A stretch of DNA of 64,000 nt. Origin: Bacteroidales bacterium UBA4181 (GTDB lineage Bacteria > Bacteroidota > Bacteroidia > Bacteroidales > UBA4181). Shown piece by piece: positions 9,164 through 17,370 of the stretch; positions within the stretch are counted from its first letter, which is position 1; the number at the start of each line of letters is the position of its first letter. The notes under the pieces are model-generated. The model saw only the letters and a program-made list of their open reading frames with translations. It did no database searches and was not told where the DNA came from. The DNA lies in the NCBI GenBank assembly GCA_002380425.1, contig DFUR01000013.1, positions 554-64,553 of the forward strand, given 5' to 3'. The position numbers were made by a program, and so were the translations under genes.

Positions 9164-9697
9164 ATGTTGGAGGGCCTGATTACCTCAAAAACACGGATTA
9201 AGCTGCTGACTAAGTTCTTCATCAATGCGGGGACTACGGCTTATTTGCGTCATCTTGAATCGGAATTCGGGGAGTCAACCAATGCCATCCGGGTGGAATT
9301 GAACCGGCTGGAAAAGGCTGGATTGCTTGAGTCGGAGCGTTCCGGAAACAAAAAAATCTTCAGGGCCAATACCCAACACCCCTATTTTGGGGAAATCAAC
9401 CGCATTTTGCTCAAGTTTGTGGGCATTGAGGCAGTGATTGACCAAGTGGTGCGCAAGGTGGGGGTACTGGTCCGGGCCTATGTTACCGGGGATTTTGCCA
9501 TGGGTCGGCCCGGGAATATTCTGGACATCGCTCTTATTGGGAGCGGGTTTGATTATGCATACCTGAACAGCCTGATCAAAAGGGCTGAACAAACTGTGTC
9601 GTTCAAAATACGATACATCACTCTGGAGCCTGGGGAGGAAAAGTTGTTTGTTTCCACCCAGAATAGTGTGCTTTTGGTTTGGTCCTCAGGGAACTAG
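9164..9697 (+). CDS. Winged-helix (ArsR-like) transcriptional regulator with an uncharacterised C-terminal domain
   Basis: 'AYLRHLESEFGESTNAIRVELNRLEKAGLLESERSGNKKIF' has a wHTH pattern. It sits directly upstream of wza/wzc. A 6-bp hairpin GAGTAA-aaaac-TTACTC (9140..9156) lies just 5' of the start. Confidence 0.5.
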   Translation: MLEGLITSKTRIKLLTKFFINAGTTAYLRHLESEFGESTNAIRVELNRLEKAGLLESERSGNKKIFRANTQHPYFGEINRILLKFVGIEAVIDQVVRKVGVLVRAYVTGDFAMGRPGNILDIALIGSGFDYAYLNSLIKRAEQTVSFKIRYITLEPGEEKLFVSTQNSVLLVWSSGN

Positions 9698-9782
9698 ACC
9701 ATTAGTGCAGTGTGTGGCTTGCTTGGACCCTATGGGACTGAGGAGGCGAAGCTGTAAGTATCCCTGCATTGGGAGATTGTTG

Positions 9783-9790
9783 TACCTTTG
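9783..9790 (+). promoter_or_regulatory. Candidate -7 box TACCTTTG
   Basis: Exact TAnnTTTG match about 20 nt upstream of the wza ATG (9810). It lies in the largest intergenic gap (112 nt) of the plus-strand array. Confidence 0.35.
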
Positions 9791-9809
9791 ACCCGTTGGT
9801 GAAACTATT

Positions 9810-10607
9810 ATGAACTGTATGAAGAACTATTCCATGCGCGCCCTGTTGTGGCTGCCGGCATTGCTTGCTTTGGGGATATCCTCGTGTATCCCTCAGAAGT
9901 CTGTTATCTACCTGCAGGACAAGACCCAGCAGGAAGGCTATGTGAATCCTTACCGTCAGGCCACCGAGATCACGGAGAACTACAAGATTCAGGTGAACGA
10001 TTACCTGTATGTGCGCGTGATCACCGGGGACCCGGAGTTGGAGAAATACTACAATCTCTCAACCGGTACCGGACAGATGTCCACACAAGGGGGAAACTCC
10101 ATGAAATTCAGCTCCTATCTGGTGGCCGATAATGGGTGCATAGATTTTCCTTATCTGGGAGATGTGCCCGTGCAAGGGCTCACACTTAGTCAGGCCAAGG
10201 CCCGTCTGTCGGAATTGCTCAGCAAGCAGATTGACCAGTACACGCTTCAGGTGCAACTTACCAATACCTTCTTCACCGTGTTGGGTGAGGCTGGCTCGGG
10301 CATGTATCCCATGAACAAGGATCAGCTCACCATCTACGAGGCTCTGGCAATGGCGGGGGACCTGAAAACTTATTCCAAACGAAATAAGGTGAAGATTATC
10401 CGGAAAGGATCAGACGGGGTTTCTTCCATTCGCGAGGTGGACCTTACTGACAAGAATTTGCTCGATTCGCAGGAGTCGTATATTCTGCCCAATGATATTG
10501 TTTATGTGGAACCTATCAAGGCTAAGATGCTGGGTTTTGGAGAGACCTTCTCTCTGGGGCTGGTTACCACCCTTATTTCGTTCTATTTGTTGATTCTGTC
10601 CTTGTAA
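9810..10607 (+). CDS. wza: Polysaccharide export outer-membrane lipoprotein (Wza family)
   Basis: Lipoprotein-type signal 'MRALLWLPALLALGISSC', a Poly_export-like 'YKIQVNDYLYVRV' and an SLBB-like segment 'KVKIIRKGSDG'. It is adjacent to wzc. Confidence 0.85.
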   Translation: MNCMKNYSMRALLWLPALLALGISSCIPQKSVIYLQDKTQQEGYVNPYRQATEITENYKIQVNDYLYVRVITGDPELEKYYNLSTGTGQMSTQGGNSMKFSSYLVADNGCIDFPYLGDVPVQGLTLSQAKARLSELLSKQIDQYTLQVQLTNTFFTVLGEAGSGMYPMNKDQLTIYEALAMAGDLKTYSKRNKVKIIRKGSDGVSSIREVDLTDKNLLDSQESYILPNDIVYVEPIKAKMLGFGETFSLGLVTTLISFYLLILSL

Positions 10608-10617
10608 CCGTACTGTT

Positions 10618-13089
10618 ATGTCCGAGAATATTTCAGAGAATCCCGTATCTGTCCGTAAGCAGGACCGGAATGAACTACAAAAGTGGCTCTTCCTGTTTTT
10701 GAGTCATTGGCCCCTTTTTGTTTTGTTTGGCATTTTAGGCCTGGTTGCCTCGTTCTTCATTGACCGCTACACCGTTCCGGTATATCAGGTCCGCTCCACG
10801 GTGTTGCTCAAAAAAACCGTGCGAAGCGCCATCACGCTGGGAGAGCAGGCCTCTATGCTGGGAGGTATCACCAGTACGGATTATGAAAACTTCAACAACC
10901 AAAAGATTTTGATCCGCACCCCTTCGCAGATTATGAAGGCGCTAAATGCTCTGGACTTCAATATCTGTTATTATTCCCGGGGCCGGTTTAATGATTTTGA
11001 GTTTTATCCTGAATTGCCTTTCAAGGTGTTGATGGACTCGGCCCACGTGCAGCCCCTGGATGTGGAAATCCACCTGAGCCGCAAGAGTGACGGCACCCTT
11101 TATGTGCATGCCGATGCCGAAGGAGAGGTTTCTCTGTACAATTTCAAAGTGCGCAGCTACACGGGCACCCTTCCCGGATTGCAGTTTGAAGCCCCGCTGG
11201 TGGCCGATTCGCTGATCAAAACCGATTTTATGGCGTTTCGGATTGTGCCCACCAATACTCCTTTGAACGATCTGGTCACTGCTGGCGATTATTTTTTTAG
11301 GTTTCGCAGCAATCAGGATATGATTGGGGAGTACAGCAATATCAACATGGATTATGTAACCTCCGGTTCTTCCATTGTGAACATCACCCTGACCGGGACT
11401 TGCCTCAACAAGATGAATGTATTCCTGGCTAAGTTGATGGAAACCTGGACGGCCACAGGTCTGGAGCGCAAGAATCAGATTGCCAGCAACACCGTTGCCT
11501 TCATCAACCGGCATCTATTGGCTTTGAAAGATAGTCTGAGCCTGTCCGGGAACAAATTGCAAAGGTTTAAGCTGGCAAACAATATGCTACTTCCTGAAGG
11601 CATTTTAGAGGCGCAGTATTCCAAGATTCAGGAACTGGATGCCCGTCAGGCCCAGTTGGAGACACAGCGGTCGTATGTCACTGAGCTCAAAAAGTATCTG
11701 GCAAACCGGGCAGATTATGACAAACTCATCGCTCCATCATCGGTAGGCATCGAGAGTCCCACACTGAGTGGTTACATTGATCAGCTCAGTGCCATAAGGC
11801 AATCCCTGTATCAGTCGGTAGGACTGGGTGGAAAGATGACCAATCCCTATCTGGTGAAGTTGCAGAAGGAAGAATCCACGCTGCTGGCCTTGATTTACGA
11901 GAATATTTCCTCAATTGAGAACAATCTGCAGTTCACTCTGGAGATGATTTCGGGTCAAAGGCGAGATTTGATCAGGGAACAGTCACGCATGCCGGCCATG
12001 GAGCAGCAGTTGATCAACATCCAGCGCAATTTTGATATGACCGATGAACTCTATACTTCTCTGTTAGAAAAGAGCCTGGAAGCCCAGATTCAGAAGGCGT
12101 CAAATGTGTCGGATAGTGAAATCATTGAGTCACCGTCGCTGGATTATGTCATTGCACCGCAAACCCGGCGAATCTTTATGAAATGGACCCTGATTGCCTT
12201 GCTGATTCCTATTGGAGTGGTGGTGCTTAAGGACTTCCTGAATGTGAAAGTGATCAACAACGATGATGTCAAGAAAATCACCGATGTGTCTATCATTGGG
12301 ACCATCCTGGAAAACGACCGGGATGCCCTGATGGTTACCCAGGCCCATCCGAATGCTCCCATTTCCGAAGCATTCCGGGCACTGCGTACCCGTCTGGATT
12401 TTCTCTCCAGGGGCAAGGAAAAGCAGGTGGTGCTGTTTACCTCCACGGCCTCAGGTGAGGGGAAATCTTTCTGTGCTGCCAACCTTGCGGGCATCTGCGC
12501 CATGAATGGCAAGAAGACCGTGCTGCTTGGGATGGACCTGCGCAAACCCAAGCTGAATGAGGTGTTGGGCATGAGTCAGTCCGCCGGGATTTCGAACTAC
12601 CTGATTGGGAAGAAGTCGTTGGATGAGGTGATCACCCCAACCCAGTTTGCCAATCTGGACTGCTTGTTCTCCGGGCCGATTCCCCCCAATCCGGCCGAGT
12701 TGATAGACTCCGACAAAACCCGGGAAATGTTCGATGAACTCAAAAAACGATATGATTATATCATCGTGGACACTTCCCCGGTAGGTTTGGTGTCCGATGC
12801 CATGTTGCTGATGCCATATGCAGACGTGAATCTGTATGTGGTTCGTCACAGGGTAACCATCAAGCAATTGCTGGAACACAATATTGAACTGGTGCAGAAG
12901 CTCAATACCCGCAATCTGGGGATTGTGATGAATGGCCTGAATATCCGCAAACGCGGCTACGGCTATGGCTACGGCTATGGGTATGGCTACGGTTACGGGT
13001 ACGGCTATGGGTATGGCTACGGTTACGGAGACAATGCGGATATGAAAAAGGGCCGCAGGCGTTCCTCCAAATCGTCAAAGAAGGCATAA
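10618..13089 (+). CDS. wzc: Polysaccharide co-polymerase / BY-tyrosine kinase (Wzc family)
   Basis: 823 aa with two TM segments flanking a long coiled periplasmic region. Walker A 'TSTASGEGKSFCAANLA', A' 'VLLGMDLRKP' and Walker B 'YDYIIVDTSPVG' are present. The C-terminal tyrosine cluster is (GY)12. Confidence 0.9.
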   Translation: MSENISENPVSVRKQDRNELQKWLFLFLSHWPLFVLFGILGLVASFFIDRYTVPVYQVRSTVLLKKTVRSAITLGEQASMLGGITSTDYENFNNQKILIRTPSQIMKALNALDFNICYYSRGRFNDFEFYPELPFKVLMDSAHVQPLDVEIHLSRKSDGTLYVHADAEGEVSLYNFKVRSYTGTLPGLQFEAPLVADSLIKTDFMAFRIVPTNTPLNDLVTAGDYFFRFRSNQDMIGEYSNINMDYVTSGSSIVNITLTGTCLNKMNVFLAKLMETWTATGLERKNQIASNTVAFINRHLLALKDSLSLSGNKLQRFKLANNMLLPEGILEAQYSKIQELDARQAQLETQRSYVTELKKYLANRADYDKLIAPSSVGIESPTLSGYIDQLSAIRQSLYQSVGLGGKMTNPYLVKLQKEESTLLALIYENISSIENNLQFTLEMISGQRRDLIREQSRMPAMEQQLINIQRNFDMTDELYTSLLEKSLEAQIQKASNVSDSEIIESPSLDYVIAPQTRRIFMKWTLIALLIPIGVVVLKDFLNVKVINNDDVKKITDVSIIGTILENDRDALMVTQAHPNAPISEAFRALRTRLDFLSRGKEKQVVLFTSTASGEGKSFCAANLAGICAMNGKKTVLLGMDLRKPKLNEVLGMSQSAGISNYLIGKKSLDEVITPTQFANLDCLFSGPIPPNPAELIDSDKTREMFDELKKRYDYIIVDTSPVGLVSDAMLLMPYADVNLYVVRHRVTIKQLLEHNIELVQKLNTRNLGIVMNGLNIRKRGYGYGYGYGYGYGYGYGYGYGYGYGDNADMKKGRRRSSKSSKKA
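12955..13026 (+). repeat. 72-nt coding microsatellite-like repeat encoding (Gly-Tyr)x12, with an internal 30-nt periodicity
   Basis: Twelve consecutive GGN-TAY pairs. The 24-mer ggctatgggtatggctacggttac occurs at both 12973..12996 and 13003..13026. Confidence 0.9.
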
Positions 13090-13095
13090 TTTCGC

Positions 13096-14145
13096 ATGAA
13101 GCACGCGCTTATTACCGGGATTACCGGACAGGACGGAGCTTATCTGGCCAAGTATTTGCTAAACAAGGGCTATCGGGTCTTTGGCACGTATCGCCGCTTG
13201 TCCACGCCCAATTTTTGGCGGCTGCAATATCTGGGTATCTTCGATGAGGTGGAGTTGTTCCCCTGTGACTTAATGGATAGTTTCTCCATTATCGAAGCAC
13301 TGCGTCTTTCCCGGCCTGATGAAGTGTACAATCTGGCAGCCCAGAGTTTTGTCGGGGCCTCTTTTGAGCAGGCGATTGCCTCCGGTGAGATCACCGGATT
13401 GGGGGTTGCCCGGCTTTTGGAGGCCATCCGCCTGGTTACCCCCGAGGCTCGATTCTATCAGGCTTCTACCAGTGAGATGTTTGGGGACAACCGCTATGAC
13501 GCCCAGGACGAAAACACCCCGCTGGAGCCCTCCAGCCCCTATGCTGCCGCCAAGTTGTATGCGCACCACATGTTGAAGATATATCGTAAGGGATACGGAC
13601 TGTATGCCTGCAACGGGATTTTGTTCAACCATGAGAGCCCGCTCCGGGGGTTGGAGTTCGTTACCCGGAAAATCACCAACGCGGTTGCCAAAATTAAGCT
13701 CGGACTGGAATCCCATATTGAGCTTGGGAATATTGACGCCCGGCGCGACTGGGGATACGCTCCCGAGTATGTGGAAGCCATGTGGCTGATGTTACAGCAG
13801 GATACTCCGGATGACTATGTGGTGGCCACCAATGAAACCCATTCTGTGCGGGAGTTTCTCCAGGCTGCTTTCTCGTCGGCTGGCCTGAACTGGGAGGATC
13901 ATGTCCGCATCAGCGAGAAGTTTCTCCGGCCGGTGGAAGTGCGATCCTTGCACGGAAATTATGAAAAGAGTGCCCGTGTATTGGGATGGCAGCCAAAGGT
14001 GCTTTTTTCCGATTTGGTGGAATTGATGGTCCGGGAGGATCTGGAGCGGTGGGCTCAGTGGAACCGAGGGGTTCATTTCCCTTGGGATGCCTGGAATTAT
14101 CCCAATGAAAAGAAAATATTGTCCAGAAAAGTGAAGTTTGAATAA
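13096..14145 (+). CDS. gmd: GDP-mannose 4,6-dehydratase
   Basis: 'ALITGITGQDGAYLAKYLLNKGY', 'YAAAKLYAHHM' (YxxxK) and 'GILFNHESPLRG' are hallmark Gmd segments. Confidence 0.85.
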   Translation: MKHALITGITGQDGAYLAKYLLNKGYRVFGTYRRLSTPNFWRLQYLGIFDEVELFPCDLMDSFSIIEALRLSRPDEVYNLAAQSFVGASFEQAIASGEITGLGVARLLEAIRLVTPEARFYQASTSEMFGDNRYDAQDENTPLEPSSPYAAAKLYAHHMLKIYRKGYGLYACNGILFNHESPLRGLEFVTRKITNAVAKIKLGLESHIELGNIDARRDWGYAPEYVEAMWLMLQQDTPDDYVVATNETHSVREFLQAAFSSAGLNWEDHVRISEKFLRPVEVRSLHGNYEKSARVLGWQPKVLFSDLVELMVREDLERWAQWNRGVHFPWDAWNYPNEKKILSRKVKFE

Positions 14146-14146
14146 T

Positions 14147-14998
14147 ATGGAAAACAAATTGAAGGAAACAGTCTATCATCCTACACACGCTGATGTCAAG
14201 GTGTTTGCGCTAGGGAATATGTACAGAGACCTGCTACTTTCCCGGTTTTTGGGAAGGCAGTTGTTTGTGCGCGATACGCTGGCAACTTTTCGTCAGTCGC
14301 TGCTGGGATTGTTTTGGGCCTTTATTCCGCCCTTCTTTACGGCCTCTGTATGGATATTCTTAACGCTGTTCAATTTGGTTAAGGTCAACAACACGGTGGA
14401 AAACTATCCGGTGTTTGTGTTGTGTGGTACCATCATGTTTCAAACCTTCTTTGAAGCGCTCAAGGCGCCTACCGAAGCGGTGATGAACGGCCGCTCGATG
14501 ATGAGCAAACTGAAGTTTCCCCGGGAGGCCTTTTTGATCAGTGCTTTCTACCGGATGCTGTTTAACTTCCTGGCGAGGTTTGTGGCCTTGGTGTTGTTGC
14601 TGGTGGTCTTTTCGAATAGCTTTTCATGGAACTCCCTGTTGTTTATTCCCGCAGCCCTAGCGCTTATCCTTTGTGGTTTCAGTATTGGGGTATTGCTGAT
14701 TCCCTTCCAGATGCTCTATGAAGACTTTGGTCGTTTTCTGGCCATTGCCAGTCAGGTAGTGATGTACATCACCCCCGTAGTGTATCCCATGCCCGAATCA
14801 GGAAGACTGTACCATTTTATGCTCTGGAACCCCATCACCCCGCTCATCACGGTTACCCGGGACCTGCTGACAGGTCAGTATCCCACTATGTGGCCTCAGT
14901 TCACTGCCATCATGCTGTGTTCCTTGTTGATCCTTTGGATTGGCTGGGCCATGTACCGGATTACCATGCCGATTATCATTGAACGCATCGGTTCCTGA
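14147..14998 (+). CDS. wzm: ABC-2 type polysaccharide export permease
   Basis: About 283 aa with six hydrophobic segments. 'FRQSLLGLFWAFIPPFFTASVWIF' is typical of Wzm/TagG/KpsM permeases. I prefer ATG 14147 over the TTG track start 14138. It is followed by wzt. Confidence 0.85.
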   Translation: MENKLKETVYHPTHADVKVFALGNMYRDLLLSRFLGRQLFVRDTLATFRQSLLGLFWAFIPPFFTASVWIFLTLFNLVKVNNTVENYPVFVLCGTIMFQTFFEALKAPTEAVMNGRSMMSKLKFPREAFLISAFYRMLFNFLARFVALVLLLVVFSNSFSWNSLLFIPAALALILCGFSIGVLLIPFQMLYEDFGRFLAIASQVVMYITPVVYPMPESGRLYHFMLWNPITPLITVTRDLLTGQYPTMWPQFTAIMLCSLLILWIGWAMYRITMPIIIERIGS

Positions 14999-15037
14999 CC
15001 AATATTTCCAACATCCCATCAATACACATCCGTTTTC

Positions 15038-16255
15038 ATGAAGGACGATATTCTGATTAAGTGTGACAAAGTTTCCAAAAAGTTTTGCAAGGACTTCAAA
15101 AGGTCTCTTTGGTATGGTTTCAAGGACGTGTGCAGCTCTTTTACGAGGGGGAATCCCAATCCGGAGCGGCTCCGTAAGGACGAGTTCTGGGCGCTCAAGG
15201 ACATTTCTTTTGAACTGCGCAGAGGGGAATGTCTGGGCCTGATTGGGCACAACGGGGCAGGGAAGTCCACCCTGCTCAAGATGCTCACGGGTTTGATCAA
15301 GCCCGATGAGGGCTCCATCACCATGCGGGGGCGCATCGGCACCATGATCGAGTTGGGTGCCGGATTCAATCCCATCCTCACGGGGCGGGAGAACATTTAT
15401 AACAACGGCGCTGTACTGGGTTTCAGCAAGGAAGAGATTGATGATAAGTTTCAGCAAATCGTGGCTTTCTCGGAGATAGGGGAATTCATTGATAGCCCGG
15501 TGCAGAATTACAGCTCCGGGATGAAGGTTCGTCTGGGATTTGCCGTGGCAGCCCAGATGGAGCCCGATGTGTTGCTCGTTGACGAGGTGCTGGCAGTAGG
15601 CGACCTAGGCTTTGTTATTAAGTGCCTCAACCGCATGGGAGAACTCATTCCCAACACGGCCACCATCTTTGTCAGCCACAGTATGCCCATGATTTCCCGG
15701 ATTTGTTCCCAAGTGCTGCTGATGGACAAGGGGAAAACACTATTTCATTCCAATGATATAGCGGAGGGCATTGCCAAGTATATCAATATGTTTGAATCTC
15801 CTCAGAGGATCAATCAGGGAAGTGGGGAGATAGAGTTAGCGTCCATCGCGATACACGATCCCAGAACAGGCCGCATGGTGCAGGATGACTCTGCCGTCCT
15901 GACCACCTACGATGACCTTGATATGGAGGTGACCGTCAAGATCGCCCCCTCAGTAGGAACATTTCACTTGTTTTTAACCACTTTTGACGCTCAGCTCAGG
16001 GAGGTGATGTCCTCAGGGTCCAATATTAACGGGGCGGCATTTGTGAACAACGGGACGGAGGTGCGCAAGTTTCAAATCAAGATTCCGCATCAGGTATTGG
16101 CTACGGCCAAATACAGCATCACTTTTGGTGCCACCAACCCGGATACCAAGGCTTTTTACTGCCGGGTGACCAACAGTATCTACTTTACAATGAAGGCCGG
16201 TGCTGCTACCTGGGCTTGTTCGGTAATCCCCGGTGAGTGGAAAGAACAAAACTAA
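15038..16255 (+). CDS. wzt: Polysaccharide ABC transporter ATP-binding protein with a C-terminal Wzt_C-like beta-sandwich extension
   Basis: Walker A 'GHNGAGKST', signature 'YSSGMKVRLGFA' and Walker B 'VLLVDEVLAVGD'. About 150 extra C-terminal residues follow ('GEIELASIAIHD...KYSITFGATNPD...IYFTMKA'). Confidence 0.9.
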   Translation: MKDDILIKCDKVSKKFCKDFKRSLWYGFKDVCSSFTRGNPNPERLRKDEFWALKDISFELRRGECLGLIGHNGAGKSTLLKMLTGLIKPDEGSITMRGRIGTMIELGAGFNPILTGRENIYNNGAVLGFSKEEIDDKFQQIVAFSEIGEFIDSPVQNYSSGMKVRLGFAVAAQMEPDVLLVDEVLAVGDLGFVIKCLNRMGELIPNTATIFVSHSMPMISRICSQVLLMDKGKTLFHSNDIAEGIAKYINMFESPQRINQGSGEIELASIAIHDPRTGRMVQDDSAVLTTYDDLDMEVTVKIAPSVGTFHLFLTTFDAQLREVMSSGSNINGAAFVNNGTEVRKFQIKIPHQVLATAKYSITFGATNPDTKAFYCRVTNSIYFTMKAGAATWACSVIPGEWKEQN

Positions 16256-16260
16256 TCGGA

Positions 16261-17364
16261 ATGAACCCAGTATATGTAACCCAGCCAGCTCTTCCTCCTC
16301 TGGATGAATACACCCAGATGCTGGAGCAGATTTGGAGCCAAAAGATACTCACCAACAACGGTCCCTTTCACCAGGAGTTTGAGCAGGAGCTGTGCCGGTA
16401 TCTGGGGGTGGAGCATCTCTCAGTGTTTTCCAACGGCACCCTTGCCCTGATGACAGCACTGCAAGCGCTGCGTATCGTGGGCGAGGTCATAACTACTCCG
16501 TTCAGTTTTGTGGCGACCACGCATTCCCTGTGGTGGAACAACATCAAGCCGGTGTTCGTGGATGTGGAGCCTGAGTATTTCAATCTGGACCCGGACCGCA
16601 TTGAAGCAGCCATTACCCCGAGAACCACAGCCATCATGCCGGTGCATGTGTACGGGAATCCGTGCTACATGGAACGCATCCGCGAAATTGCCGACACCTA
16701 TGGGCTCAAAGTCATTTATGATGCAGCCCATGCTTTTGGCGTTCGCAGGAACGGACATTCTGTGCTGGAGTACGGGGATATGTCCATCCTTAGCTTTCAT
16801 GCCACCAAGGTATTCAGTTCCATTGAGGGAGGGGCCATCGTGTGCCGCAGTGAGGTTATGAAAAAAAGGATTGACCACCTCAAGAACTTTGGGTTTGCCA
16901 ATGAAACCACTGTCATAGAGCCGGGCATCAATGCCAAAATGAATGAGTTTCAGGCAGCTTTTGGTTTGCTTCAACTCCGGTATGTGGATGGATATATTGC
17001 ACGGAGAAAAGAAATTGCTGAGACCTATCGCTCCGGGCTTAGGGATGTTGCCGGGATTCGGTGTATGGAGGACATCCCGGGGGTGCGCCACGGTTATCCA
17101 TATTTCCCGGTATTTGTGGATGCCGCGCAATATGGAATGAGCCGTGATGATCTATACGAAAAGCTGAAGCAACATCAAATTTTTGGACGTCGTTATTTTT
17201 ATCCGCTCATCAGCCAATTCCCCACCTACAGCGGGCTGAGTTCCGCCCGGCCTGAAAATCTTCCGGTTGCAGAGCAGGCAGCCCGTCAGGTATTGTGCCT
17301 CCCGATTTTTCCGGAGCTCTCTCTGGAAAAGGTGGCAGAGATTCTATCCATCATTAAGTCTTGA
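16261..17364 (+). CDS. DegT/DnrJ/EryC1/StrS-family NDP-sugar aminotransferase
   Basis: 'GDMSILSFHATKVFSSIEGGAIV' contains the PLP lysine motif SxHxxK, and 'NAKMNEFQAAFGLLQL' is also present. I prefer ATG at 16261. Confidence 0.85.
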   Translation: MNPVYVTQPALPPLDEYTQMLEQIWSQKILTNNGPFHQEFEQELCRYLGVEHLSVFSNGTLALMTALQALRIVGEVITTPFSFVATTHSLWWNNIKPVFVDVEPEYFNLDPDRIEAAITPRTTAIMPVHVYGNPCYMERIREIADTYGLKVIYDAAHAFGVRRNGHSVLEYGDMSILSFHATKVFSSIEGGAIVCRSEVMKKRIDHLKNFGFANETTVIEPGINAKMNEFQAAFGLLQLRYVDGYIARRKEIAETYRSGLRDVAGIRCMEDIPGVRHGYPYFPVFVDAAQYGMSRDDLYEKLKQHQIFGRRYFYPLISQFPTYSGLSSARPENLPVAEQAARQVLCLPIFPELSLEKVAEILSIIKS

Positions 17365-17370
17365 TCCACT

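Noticed and set aside
12955-13026. Whether the GGCTAY repeat could be a non-coding microsatellite or a CRISPR-like array.
   Set aside because: It is in frame within wzc, encodes the expected C-terminal tyrosine cluster, has no spacers and has a 6-nt unit. It is therefore a coding repeat.
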